Shown piece by piece: positions 48,575-58,213 of a stretch of DNA of 64,000 nt; positions within the stretch are counted from its first letter, which is position 1; each line of letters opens with the position of its first letter. The DNA is from Dehalococcoidia bacterium. GTDB taxonomy: Bacteria; Chloroflexota; Dehalococcoidia; Dehalococcoidales; JAUXAP01. The notes under the pieces were generated by a model. That model ran no database searches and was not told the origin of the DNA. It worked only from the letters and a program-made list of their open reading frames with translations. Where the stretch lies: contig JAUXAP010000002.1 of assembly GCA_030619865.1 (NCBI GenBank), positions 707 to 64,706 on the forward strand. Direction: 5' to 3'. A program made the position numbers and the translations under genes.

Positions 48575-49528
48575 TCATTCTACGGTACGAATCACTTTGG
48601 CCCCTGTTGTGGCATGTGAAGTATATGTATCGCATTCGATTCCTTCGGCTACAAAAGCCTCTTTCATTGCTTTTGCTATTTCGATAGCCTTTTTTCTGTT
48701 ATCAGTGACAGCTATTACTGTTGGGCCGGCACCGCTGAGTGTTACTCCAAAAGCTCCAGCGCTTAGTCCCGCTTCCTTGGCACCCATAAATCCGGGATAG
48801 AGAGGAGTTCTGGCTGGTTCTATTATTTGGTCACCAAGCATCCCTTTACCTACTAGTTTAGGGTCAGACTGAAGTAACCCGGCAACGACAATAGAGGCAG
48901 CACCTAAATTGCTTATGTGCATGGACAAGGTAACGTTTTTTGGCAATACACTTCTAGCTTTTTCCGTTGTCTTTTTCATTCCTTTAGGAATGGCCAAGGC
49001 AAATTCCATCCCTTTGGGTGGAGGAAAGGCGAGAATTTCAAGCGGATTGTAAGAGCCAATTAAAACCCAACCTCCATAGATTGAAGGGGCAACATTATCG
49101 GCGTGAGGAGCCCCTGCTGATGCCATTTCACCTTGTGCTGCTATTTCGGTTAGTTTCCTTAGGTCAAGCCCTAATCCTAGCAGGTGGTTAATAGCAACGG
49201 CTGTGGCAGCAGCGCTGGCCCCACTACTGCCAAGACCAGACCCCGGAGGTATTCCTTTGGTAATCTTAATTTTAAAACCGCCCTTGTTAAGCCATTTGTT
49301 GAACTCCAGTGCGGTTCTACCAGCACTGTTTTTTTGTGGATTCCTAGGTATGATGTCAGAACCCACGCCTTCTACTTCGATTGAAATAGACTTTTCATCT
49401 ACCCACGTAACTTCTACAATATCAAACATTACGTCTAGCGCTAATCCCAATATATCAAAACCCGGTCCTAGATTACTGGTTGAAGCGGGAGCTTGAACTA
49501 TAACCTTTTTGTAGGCTGGTTGTATCAT
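48575..49528 (-). CDS. thrB: homoserine kinase family (GHMP) kinase
   Basis: PASTSNLGPGFD, PGSGLGSS, HADNVAP, SGAGPT. Confidence 0.88.
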   Translation of the reverse strand: MIQPAYKKVIVQAPASTSNLGPGFDILGLALDVMFDIVEVTWVDEKSISIEVEGVGSDIIPRNPQKNSAGRTALEFNKWLNKGGFKIKITKGIPPGSGLGSSGASAAATAVAINHLLGLGLDLRKLTEIAAQGEMASAGAPHADNVAPSIYGGWVLIGSYNPLEILAFPPPKGMEFALAIPKGMKKTTEKARSVLPKNVTLSMHISNLGAASIVVAGLLQSDPKLVGKGMLGDQIIEPARTPLYPGFMGAKEAGLSAGAFGVTLSGAGPTVIAVTDNRKKAIEIAKAMKEAFVAEGIECDTYTSHATTGAKVIRTVE

Positions 49529-49546
49529 GACTCTCCAAAAAGAATG

Positions 49547-50560
49547 TTATTTATTCGCAGACAACTTTGTTGCCAGTTTTATAGCCTCAATCAAACTTTG
49601 AGGATTCCCGGTGCCTAGTCTTAAGCCGGCACGTCGATAGGCTGTCCCATGGTCTACCGAAGTTCGTATTATGGGTAAACCAACGGTTATGTTTACTCCG
49701 ATATCAAATCCTAATAATTTTATTGGAATACATCCTTGATCGTGGTACATTGCCACTACTATATCAAAATCTCCCTTTAAGGCTCTATAGAAAACAGTGT
49801 CAGCGGGTAAAGGACCCACTACGTTATAGCTTAAATCTCTTGCTGAATCTACCGCTGGTTTTATTTCATCAATTTCTTCCGACCCGAATAATCCTTCCTC
49901 CCCGGCATGAGGATTTAAACCAGCAACGACTATTACTGGGTTCTCTATGCCAAGCCTCTGTAAAGTTTGATGCGCAAGCTTAATTGTAGTAAGTATCTTA
50001 TTTCTTTTAATTTGCTTACGTACCTGGCTGAATGGAATGTGAATCGTAACCAGGATTACTCTAAGGGGTCCGGCTATGAACATCATAGCATATTCTTTTG
50101 AACCGGTTAATTCGGCTAGAATTTCAGTATGTCTAGGATAGCGGTAACCGGCCATATGTAAAGCTTCTTTACTAATTGGAGCCGTAGTAATGGCATGAAT
50201 TTTCCCCTCTAAAGCTAATTCTAAGGCCCTTTTAATATACTCAAATGAAGCTTTTCCCGCCATTGCTTGCGGTTGACCCATCTTAAGTTTGTTAATATCT
50301 ATATTATTAAGGTCTAGGACATCTACTTTCCCACACTCTAATTTTGCGTCACCTATCTTTTTAATAGGGTTAACCTCCAGTTGGACCTTAGTTACTTTTA
50401 CTCCTTCTCTCATTACATTGGCGTCACCTATTACAACAGGATTGCAGATATCATAAGTTGATTCTAATGAGAGTGCCTTAGCTATAATTTCGGGCCCAAT
50501 CCCGGCAGCGTCACCCATCGTGATACCTATTATTGGCTTTGTATTAAGAGGCATTTTCAA
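49547..50560 (-). CDS. pdxA: 4-hydroxythreonine-4-phosphate dehydrogenase family
   Basis: TMGDAAGIGPE, HTE, NPHAGE, MYHDQG, RTSVDHGTA. Confidence 0.92.
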   Translation of the reverse strand: MKMPLNTKPIIGITMGDAAGIGPEIIAKALSLESTYDICNPVVIGDANVMREGVKVTKVQLEVNPIKKIGDAKLECGKVDVLDLNNIDINKLKMGQPQAMAGKASFEYIKRALELALEGKIHAITTAPISKEALHMAGYRYPRHTEILAELTGSKEYAMMFIAGPLRVILVTIHIPFSQVRKQIKRNKILTTIKLAHQTLQRLGIENPVIVVAGLNPHAGEEGLFGSEEIDEIKPAVDSARDLSYNVVGPLPADTVFYRALKGDFDIVVAMYHDQGCIPIKLLGFDIGVNITVGLPIIRTSVDHGTAYRRAGLRLGTGNPQSLIEAIKLATKLSANK

Positions 50561-50779
50561 AACCTCATCTCCTTGTATTGCACTTCCATATCTTGTACTA
50601 TTTACTGCTTACCTATGTCAAGTTTTGGAGAACTCCTCTGCCAAAATGCCCTTTGATGGCACCTTGACTGCTGAGAGCAATAAATTGGAAAGCTAGCTTT
50701 GAAACCTTTATAATAACCATGTTCGTAATAGTAGGGGTAAGAGTGGCTGCACTTATTTCAGCGTAGATACCTTGGTGAG

Positions 50780-51265
50780 ATGTATTATTACTTATATATA
50801 GTAGCCGGATTAGCCTTAGCAATTTCTGTCATTTCAAGCCGTGATAAAACGCTCAAAGCGCTAAAAATAGCCGCCAGAAGATTCGTAACAATTTTACCCG
50901 CCTTCCTGATTATGCTTATTCTTGTTTCGGTTGTCCTATTTTTAGTCTCCGATGAAGTCATCGCCAATTACCTTGGGAGCAACAATAAATTCTTTGCCGT
51001 TCTCTTTGCTTCCTTTTTTGGTTCCATAACTCTAATGCCCGGCTTCATCGCTTTTCCGTTATCCGGTATTTTGTTGAAAAAAGGGGTGCTATATATGGTC
51101 TTATCAGCTTTTACCACTACTTTAATGATGGTAGGAGTACTCACTTACCCAGTAGAAAAAGAGTATTTTGGGGTGAAAGTAACCATAATAAGAAATGTAA
51201 TTAGCTTCTTTATAGCCCTTGCTGTTGCGGTAATGACCGGCATTTTCTTCGGGGAAATTTTTTGA
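50780..51265 (+). CDS. small permease (DUF318-like), first of pair
   Basis: Hydrophobic; GSITLMPGFIAFP, EKEYFG...RN. Confidence 0.7.
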   Translation: MYYYLYIVAGLALAISVISSRDKTLKALKIAARRFVTILPAFLIMLILVSVVLFLVSDEVIANYLGSNNKFFAVLFASFFGSITLMPGFIAFPLSGILLKKGVLYMVLSAFTTTLMMVGVLTYPVEKEYFGVKVTIIRNVISFFIALAVAVMTGIFFGEIF

Positions 51266-51789
51266 TGAAGCGGAATAGTATTATCAGAATAGTTATCATA
51301 GCATCTTATGTTATTTTCTTAGCTGTTTCCTGGACATCTGGGTTCAATCCAGGGAAAGAAATCAGCCATAATTTTGCCGACTTTTCGGTAGAGATGCTTA
51401 AGATACTACCCGGTGCTTTCATTCTGATAGGCCTGTTTGAGGTGTGGGTAAAGAGAGAAACGGTTGAAAGGCATTTGGGTGAGAGAGCTGGTATCAGGGG
51501 GTATATCTGGGCGGTGCTGCTTGCAGGCACCACAGTTGGTGGATTATATGTAGCTTTTCCGGTGGCTTACTCCCTGCATAGTAAGGGAGCCAAGCTCAGT
51601 GTTATCTTTACCTACATAGGTGCTTCAGCAATTTGTAGAATCCCAATGACAATATTTGAAGCCTCCTTTATGGGGATAAAGTTCACCGCAGTCAGACTAC
51701 TTGTATCTTTGCCATTAGTGATTGTAGCTTCAATATTATTGGGAGCTTATCTGACAAAGAGAAATTATAAAATAATGGCCGGAAAATAA
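51262..51789 (+). CDS. small permease (DUF318-like), second of pair
   Basis: LIGLFEVWV, GGLYVAFP, PMTIFEASFMG. Confidence 0.72.
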   Translation: MMKRNSIIRIVIIASYVIFLAVSWTSGFNPGKEISHNFADFSVEMLKILPGAFILIGLFEVWVKRETVERHLGERAGIRGYIWAVLLAGTTVGGLYVAFPVAYSLHSKGAKLSVIFTYIGASAICRIPMTIFEASFMGIKFTAVRLLVSLPLVIVASILLGAYLTKRNYKIMAGK

Positions 51790-51857
51790 AAACTGTGCCA
51801 TTGAATTGTTTGTTCGACTTGCTAATTGCAAAAGCATTGCCTCAGATTGTTACCTCT

Positions 51858-51887
51858 TTGACATTCGGAGCAGGAGTAGTCTATAAT
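51858..51887 (+). promoter_or_regulatory. sigma70 promoter of MFS gene
   Basis: TTGACA-N18-TATAAT. Confidence 0.7.
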
Positions 51888-52008
51888 TTCGGTTTAATTA
51901 AACGGCTGAATCAGTAAATCTACAAGCCGGTTAATTTTCTGGCCTAGCCGGCAGCGTGCAGTTGGTTTTGTGCTGCAATTTGCAAGGTCACACTGAAAGG
52001 AAACTACC

Positions 52009-53238
52009 ATCAAAAAACCCAGTTTTCGCTCGTTTTTTTCAGGATTACTGCCTCTCTTTGTAGTGGCGCACTTTGGCCATCATCTAGTGTCAGCATTGCT
52101 GACCCCGCTTTCGCCATTTATCCGTGATAACTTTGCTCTTGATTATGCTCAGATAGGGTGGTTAGCCTCGGCGTTTGCCTTGTCATATGGTGTCAGCCAG
52201 CTCCCGGCGGGATGGCTAGCCGATCGTATTGGTCCCCGTGCCGTGCTTACCATAGGTATCTCTGGTGTAGCAGTAGCCGGAGTTCTAGTTGGCCTTTCAC
52301 CTACCTATGTCATGCTGATTGTTTTCCTAATACTGCTAGGAATAACGGGTGGCGGCTATCATCCAGCTTCGGCACCGCTTGTTTCGGCGTTGGTTGAGCC
52401 GAGTAAGCGAGGCCGGGCACTGGGTATCCATCAGATAGGGGGTTCAGTAAGCCACTTCTTAGCTCCTATAGTTGCTGTTGCTATTGCCACTGCCCCTGCT
52501 TTTATAAATTTTAGCTGGCGTGCCTCATTCATCGTGCTGTCTATCCCCATTTTTATTCTTGGAATCGTGTTTTATATCCTCCTTGGCCGGCGGGGATACA
52601 CCAGGAAGGCTAAGCAGGGGATATCCGAAGGTCATACCGAGACAGCTCGTACCCCAGGCCACTGGCGCTGCCTGGTAGCGTTTCTCATTCTGAGTATAGT
52701 CGGTCAAGTCTTGATTTTCGCTGTGATAAGTTTCATTCCTCTGTTCCTCGTCGACAGTTTCGGCGTTAGTGAAGGGATGGCGGCAGGCTTGTTAACTCTT
52801 GCCTACTTTGGGGGACTCTTGGCAGGCCCTTTGGGTGGGTATCTCTCTGACCGCTTTGGAGAGGTGCCGGTGACGCTGCTGGTGACTTTTATTGCTGGTC
52901 CTGTTATTTATTTACTGGGCACGATGTCCTATAACTGGGGTATATTTGTGGTTCTGCTTTTAATCGGCACGCTCTGCTTTATCCGTATGCCGGTGTCGGA
53001 ATCTTATATTATCAGCCGCGCCTCGGTGCGCGAGCGCTCAACTATGCTGGGTATCTACTACTTCGGTAGCCGGGGAGGTTCTGGTGTAATAACACCGGCG
53101 TTGGGTTATCTTATTGACCAGGTTGGATTTCAAGATAGTTTTACCATTGTGGGTGCTACCATGGTTGTCCTGACCCTTGCCTGCGCTGTATTTTTGTGGG
53201 GAGATCGAAGGTCAATTAGCACCGAGCTACACCAATAA
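52009..53238 (+). CDS. MFS transporter (Fsr-like); probable ATC start
   Basis: GWLADRIGPR, GYHP, RGRALGIH; frame open back to ATC after GAAAGGA (ORF track start 52063). Confidence 0.85.
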   Translation: MKKPSFRSFFSGLLPLFVVAHFGHHLVSALLTPLSPFIRDNFALDYAQIGWLASAFALSYGVSQLPAGWLADRIGPRAVLTIGISGVAVAGVLVGLSPTYVMLIVFLILLGITGGGYHPASAPLVSALVEPSKRGRALGIHQIGGSVSHFLAPIVAVAIATAPAFINFSWRASFIVLSIPIFILGIVFYILLGRRGYTRKAKQGISEGHTETARTPGHWRCLVAFLILSIVGQVLIFAVISFIPLFLVDSFGVSEGMAAGLLTLAYFGGLLAGPLGGYLSDRFGEVPVTLLVTFIAGPVIYLLGTMSYNWGIFVVLLLIGTLCFIRMPVSESYIISRASVRERSTMLGIYYFGSRGGSGVITPALGYLIDQVGFQDSFTIVGATMVVLTLACAVFLWGDRRSISTELHQ

Positions 53239-54139
53239 GGTCGGCTATATCCTTTAGCCCCTCTTTCTCCATGAATTGCTCTATTCCTTCTAGGACCTCA
53301 AGTGGAGCCCGAGGGTTAGCGAAGCTGGCGGTGCCTACCTGGATAGCACTGGCTCCAGCCATAATGAATTCTATAGCGTCGCTAGCAGTAGTAATGCCAC
53401 CACAGCCAATGACTGGTATTTCTACAGCACCGGCTACTTTGTATACCATATACAGCGCCACTGGTTTTATAGCTGGACCGGATAGACCTCCAGTTATGTT
53501 GCCTAATAGGGGTCTACGCTTACTGATATCTATAGCCATGCCCTTTATGGTGTTGATTAAGGATATGGCACCGGCTCCAGCTTTTGCCACTGCCACAGCT
53601 ATTTTGGCTATATCACTGGTGTTTGGGGTTAGCTTAACCAGTATTGGCAGAGAGGTAGCTGCTTTGACGGCAGCAGTTACCTCGGCGGCTGACTCCGGGT
53701 TTACTCCAAACTCAGCACCACCAGCTTTGATATTAGGGCAACTGATGTTTACTTCAATAGCACTGATTCCAGCTACCCCATCCAGCTTGCTGGCCAGTTG
53801 GGTGTAATCATCAGTAGTTTCACCGGCGATGTTAACGATGACTGGCACACGCCAACCTGCCCAGATTGGGGCCTTTTCTTTAATTACGACCTCAACACCA
53901 ATATTCTGCAAGCCAATTGAGTTAAGTAAGCCAGAGGCTGTCTCAGCTAGCCGAGGCTGTGGATTTCCGTCTCTGGGTTTGAGGGTAGTTCCTTTGCATA
54001 CGATAGCCCCCAGCGCCTGAATATCAAACAGGTGGCTATACTCTGTGCCATAACCAAAGGTACCTGAGGCAGTCATCACCGGGTTAGTTAGTAGTAACCC
54101 TGAGTGGTGTTTAGGGGCTAATTGAATTGCAAGATGCAT
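53216..54139 (-). CDS. pyrD: dihydroorotate dehydrogenase class 1B catalytic subunit
   Basis: ASGTFG, NSIGLQN, NISCPN, KLTPN, GGLSGPAIKP; start set at MHLAI. Confidence 0.95.
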   Translation of the reverse strand: MHLAIQLAPKHHSGLLLTNPVMTASGTFGYGTEYSHLFDIQALGAIVCKGTTLKPRDGNPQPRLAETASGLLNSIGLQNIGVEVVIKEKAPIWAGWRVPVIVNIAGETTDDYTQLASKLDGVAGISAIEVNISCPNIKAGGAEFGVNPESAAEVTAAVKAATSLPILVKLTPNTSDIAKIAVAVAKAGAGAISLINTIKGMAIDISKRRPLLGNITGGLSGPAIKPVALYMVYKVAGAVEIPVIGCGGITTASDAIEFIMAGASAIQVGTASFANPRAPLEVLEGIEQFMEKEGLKDIADLIGVARC

Positions 54140-54210
54140 AGGCAACTCCCTATAGTGGGTCAATCCTGCTAGCGGTATTTTCACTAAGAGTAGTAATACG
54201 AAGCTCCATT

Positions 54211-54864
54211 TTATCCTCTTTCGTGATGTTGATTATAGGTTATATGTTCTGGGGTAGCAACTTCTTTCTTAACGAATAAAAGGGGGAACACTATATCACT
54301 CATGCAGCAGGGAATCCAAACAGCAAGGAATAGAAATAGGAAGGTAGCAAGAAATGCAACCCAATTCACTGTCTCGCCTAGTGCCATAATGATGTGGAAT
54401 AACGATGCCCAGGTGCTTATCAACACGTGTCCGGAGTGGGGGAGTTTGGTGGTAGGTTTCAAATAACCAATGATAATACCAATTAAGGCCGCGGGGTTCA
54501 CAATTTGCCATTCTTCAATAAAACCGATGTGGATTCCCCTGTTCTCGAAACCGAATAAGGTTTCTCCAAGATAAGGAATTATTGAGTCGCTTAGCGTAGC
54601 TATACCAACAGAGCCAAGATAGCCAATCAGAACTGCCATCCAGATTTTGCCCTTACCGTATTTTTTATACATCGCTGTGGTAACTAGGGCGCTTAATACA
54701 ACATGGGTTGGATGTAAGATATAAAAAATGGTGTAAGAAACTTGGGAAACCTGAGGAAGAACATTACCAAAGACTATTATGACCATTATGATAATACCGG
54801 TAATGGCCCCCAAAGTAGTGAACGGGGCGTGTCTCCTGAGCTCGCTGGCTATTCGTCTGAACAT
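54211..54864 (-). CDS. uncharacterised His/Cys-containing membrane protein
   Basis: HAPFT, LHPTH, PHSGH, SLFH, PCCMSD in multi-TM context. Confidence 0.7.
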   Translation of the reverse strand: MFRRIASELRRHAPFTTLGAITGIIIMVIIVFGNVLPQVSQVSYTIFYILHPTHVVLSALVTTAMYKKYGKGKIWMAVLIGYLGSVGIATLSDSIIPYLGETLFGFENRGIHIGFIEEWQIVNPAALIGIIIGYLKPTTKLPHSGHVLISTWASLFHIIMALGETVNWVAFLATFLFLFLAVWIPCCMSDIVFPLLFVKKEVATPEHITYNQHHERG

Positions 54865-54885
54865 TTGTCTTCTTTAACAGGGTAT

Positions 54886-54913
54886 AAAAAGGCACTGCCT
54901 AATTACAGTGCTT
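54886..54913 (-). terminator. terminator-like hairpin between fur and membrane gene
   Basis: AAGCACTG-N8-CAGTGCCTTTTT on minus strand. Confidence 0.5.
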
Positions 54914-54921
54914 GGTGAAAT

Positions 54922-55353
54922 CTACGGTGCTTTTTGACAGGCCTGGCAGAGACCAATGAACTCAAGCAGGTGACCGTCTATTCTGAATCTGCTCTCTTTA
55001 GAGAGTCTTTGTTCTAGGTCACTGAGATTGTGGCCGGTGAAATCAACCACTGTACCGCAGTTGGAGCAAATTAAGTGGTGGTGATGCTGTGGGGTACTGA
55101 TTGTGTAACTACGGCAACTGCCACCGGCGTGTAGCTTGCAGATGAGTTCTAGCTCAGCGAGTATCTCAAGAGTGCGGTAAATAGTTACCAGTCCGATATT
55201 AGGATGGTCTTGATGCACCTTCTCATATATAGCCGCCGGAGTAAGATGGTCCTGACTGGAGGTAATTGCTTGTATCACTACCTGCCGCTGGGGAGTGAGC
55301 TTGTAGCCATGCTGCCTCAATATAGTTGCTATTTTTCTCTTTGTGAGTCTCAT
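54922..55353 (-). CDS. Fur-family metalloregulator
   Basis: KLTPQR, TIYRTL, HHHHLICSNC, CQAC. Confidence 0.93.
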   Translation of the reverse strand: MRLTKRKIATILRQHGYKLTPQRQVVIQAITSSQDHLTPAAIYEKVHQDHPNIGLVTIYRTLEILAELELICKLHAGGSCRSYTISTPQHHHHLICSNCGTVVDFTGHNLSDLEQRLSKESRFRIDGHLLEFIGLCQACQKAP

Positions 55354-55362
55354 TTCAAGTGC

Positions 55363-55385
55363 TAAATGAAAAATATTATCATTTA
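55363..55385. promoter_or_regulatory. Fur/Zur-type box
   Basis: TAAATGAAAAATATTATCATTTA imperfect palindrome just downstream of a minus-strand TTGACA-N17-TATCAT promoter (55387-55415). Confidence 0.75.
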
Positions 55386-55472
55386 CATGATACTAAAAGC
55401 GTCCCTTGTTGTCAACGGTTTTATTGTAGGGATAATGTTGATAAAATAGAATAAATAGGATACACTAAAGAT

Positions 55473-56240
55473 ATGATGTATCTTGGCACTTCAGGATTTA
55501 GTTATGATGATTGGGTGGGAAGCTTCTACCCGGCAGGCATGCCCAAGCGAGAATGGCTTGCCTACTATGCTCGTGAATTTAATGCCTGTGAGGTAAACTC
55601 AACCTTTTATGCGTTGCCTAAACTGTCCAGCGTAAAAGCTATGGTTGACAAAACAGGTGATGGTTTCTTATTTTCTATTAAAGCGAACAAAGAAATGACT
55701 CACCAGCGAGAGGATAATGCTTCTATTTTTAAGGCTTTTCGCCAGATGTTAGAGCCTAGCATCGCTGCCGGGAAGCTAGGTTGTATTCTGGCTCAGTTTC
55801 CTTATAGTTTCAGATTTAATCGCCGTAATTGGGACTACCTCAAGCTGTTGAAGGAACGTTTGAGTGAATTACCAGTCGTAATTGAATTCCGTAATGCCCA
55901 GTGGATAAGGAGCGAAGTGTTTGACTGGCTTCGGCATGAAGGTTTAGGCTTCTGCTGTGTTGATGAACCACAGCTACCTAATCTTTTGCCAGCACTGGCT
56001 GAGGTAACAAATAATATAGGCTATGTGCGCTTTCACGGGCGTAATAGTGCTAAGTGGTGGCAACATGAGCATGCTTATGAAAGGTATGACTATAGCTATA
56101 CGGCACAAGAACTAAGCGAGTGGTTGCCTAAGATTCGAAAACTGGATAGTGTAGCTGAAAAGACCTTTATCTTTGCCAACAATCACTGGCGTGGACAAGC
56201 GGTCAGCACTATTCGCCAATTGCGAATGATGCTGGACTAA
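55473..56240 (+). CDS. DUF72 family protein
   Basis: GTSGFSY..W, EVNSTFY, EFR, YVRFHGRN, FANN. Confidence 0.92.
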   Translation: MMYLGTSGFSYDDWVGSFYPAGMPKREWLAYYAREFNACEVNSTFYALPKLSSVKAMVDKTGDGFLFSIKANKEMTHQREDNASIFKAFRQMLEPSIAAGKLGCILAQFPYSFRFNRRNWDYLKLLKERLSELPVVIEFRNAQWIRSEVFDWLRHEGLGFCCVDEPQLPNLLPALAEVTNNIGYVRFHGRNSAKWWQHEHAYERYDYSYTAQELSEWLPKIRKLDSVAEKTFIFANNHWRGQAVSTIRQLRMMLD

Positions 56241-56361
56241 TCTACCCCACTTATTTTTCTCAAGTGACACTAAGTATAATAGCTTATTCGTTAGCATCTA
56301 AATAAGGAAAACTAAAAAACAGCCTATCTCAAGCTTGACAGATGGGCGAGAGGAAGGAAAA

Positions 56362-56730
56362 GTGACTACTAGTTTTGACTTGCTGCGCTCTCGTTTGGAG
56401 AGTGAACAAAAACGATTAACTGAGCAATTAGCGCAATTAAAGGCTAGCGTCCGTCCTGCAAACGAGAGGCGAGAGGGTAGTCCCTTTGGCAAAAGAGAGG
56501 AGGAGGCTACAGAGACCCTTGAGTTAGAGACACGGCTAGCCTTAGAGAAGCGTATAAGAGACCAACTAGCTTCGTTGGAACATGCCTTAGACAAGTTTGA
56601 GAAGGGAACCTATGGTGTATGTGAAAGTTGTGGTCAACCTATAGACCCAGCCCGGTTGGAAGCCCTTCCTCAAGCGAAGTCATGTATGAACTGCAAGACT
56701 CAACAGGCAAAGAATGCAAAAGGCAAATGA
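56362..56730 (+). CDS. DksA/TraR C4 zinc-finger protein
   Basis: [10 protein letters not shown]...RLEALP....CMNC; GTG start after GAGGAAGG. Confidence 0.88.
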   Translation: MTTSFDLLRSRLESEQKRLTEQLAQLKASVRPANERREGSPFGKREEEATETLELETRLALEKRIRDQLASLEHALDKFEKGTYGVCESCGQPIDPARLEALPQAKSCMNCKTQQAKNAKGK

Positions 56731-57229
56731 TTTCCGGAGTGGGTGGTGGTGGAATGTGGTCTTTTTTCTTACAACGTTATTGATAGTAGCTGCTGACCAG
56801 CTCAGCAAGCTATGGATAAGGTCTTTTCCTGAAGGGCCATTGATATTTGAGGCAGGATTCTTTCGGATAGTTCATACCCATAATACTGGAGCTGTCTTTG
56901 GTCTATTTCAGGGTCACTCGTTTGTTTTTACTGTAATCGCTATAATTGGCGTTGTCATAATTCTGCTCTGTGTCTTTTTTGTTTATCCCCGCTCCCCTTT
57001 TTTGGATAGCAGGCTTAGCAGAGTAGCCCTGGGCTTAATGCTCGGGGGGACGGTAGGCAACCTGATTGACCGCCTACGCTTTGGCGGTGTTACCGATTTT
57101 ATCGGCATCGGCATCTGGCCAGCATTTAATATCGCTGATTCGGCCATAGTCGTTGGAGCTATCATTTTGGCTTACTCTCTCCTCCGCTTGACCAGAGCCG
57201 AGAAACACTCGGATGGACAAGGTATATAA
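56714..57229 (+). CDS. lspA: signal peptidase II
   Basis: DQLSK, NTGAVFG, GNLIDR, VTDF, FNIADS. Confidence 0.96.
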   Translation: MQKANDFRSGWWWNVVFFLTTLLIVAADQLSKLWIRSFPEGPLIFEAGFFRIVHTHNTGAVFGLFQGHSFVFTVIAIIGVVIILLCVFFVYPRSPFLDSRLSRVALGLMLGGTVGNLIDRLRFGGVTDFIGIGIWPAFNIADSAIVVGAIILAYSLLRLTRAEKHSDGQGI

Positions 57230-58109
57230 TTTTATAGCTGACAAGACTGGGGTGCGGCTTGATAAGTATGTCAGTGAGAAGTGCCCGGAGCTTTCCCGAA
57301 CACAGGCTCAAAAGCTTATCGCTGATGGCCATATCAAGGTTAATGACCGCATGGCTAAGGCAAGCGTTAAACTGAGTATCGGTGATAGGGTTGATATTAT
57401 CATACCCCCCACTGCTCCCAGCCCCTTATCACCGGAGGCTATCCCGTTAAATATCGTTTATGAGGATGATGACCTTTTGGTTGTGGACAAACCAGCCGGG
57501 CTAGCTGTTCACCCAGCCCCGGGACACCCCGACCACACCCTGGTTAATGCGATTCTGTCTCATTTCCCTCACCTGGCTGATATTAGCGAGTCGCTGCGAC
57601 CGGGAATTGTGCATCGGTTAGACAAAGATACCTCAGGGGTGATGCTGGTGGCTAAGAATAACATGGCTCAGGCTAACCTGATTGACCAGTTTAAGAACCG
57701 TTCCGTGATGAAAGTCTATCTGGTGCTGGTCAAAGGGCGCCTCACTCCGGAGGACGGAATTATTGAGGCGCCTATTGGGCGTGACCCCAGTAACCGAAAG
57801 CGTATGGCGGTGGTAACCAGGGGCAGAGAATCCCGCACTCAGTATCACGTGGTTAAACACATAGGCGACTATACCCTGCTTGAGGTCAAACCGGAAACTG
57901 GGCGCACCCACCAGATACGGGTCCATCTTGCTGCTATTGGTTCTCTGGTGGTGGGAGACTCGGTGTACGGAGTAAAGTCCGACTTTTTAGCGCGGCAGTT
58001 TGTGCACGCCTGCCGCCTGGGCTTTAACTTACCCTCCACTGGCGAATACGTAGAGTTCACCTCTGAGCTACCACCCGATTTAGCGCAGGCACTGAAGGAT
58101 ATTGGCTAG
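57213..58109 (+). CDS. rluD: RluA/RluD family pseudouridine synthase
   Basis: S4 domain, [26 protein letters not shown]. Confidence 0.9.
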   Translation: MDKVYNFIADKTGVRLDKYVSEKCPELSRTQAQKLIADGHIKVNDRMAKASVKLSIGDRVDIIIPPTAPSPLSPEAIPLNIVYEDDDLLVVDKPAGLAVHPAPGHPDHTLVNAILSHFPHLADISESLRPGIVHRLDKDTSGVMLVAKNNMAQANLIDQFKNRSVMKVYLVLVKGRLTPEDGIIEAPIGRDPSNRKRMAVVTRGRESRTQYHVVKHIGDYTLLEVKPETGRTHQIRVHLAAIGSLVVGDSVYGVKSDFLARQFVHACRLGFNLPSTGEYVEFTSELPPDLAQALKDIG

Positions 58110-58213
58110 AATGTTGGTGGGTGGTAGAATGGGGAAGACACGTTAAGATTGATTAAGTTAAGCTAACTGAAACTAGCTTGTTTGGATGTTAGCTAGCAAG
58201 GGAGGATTGTGAT

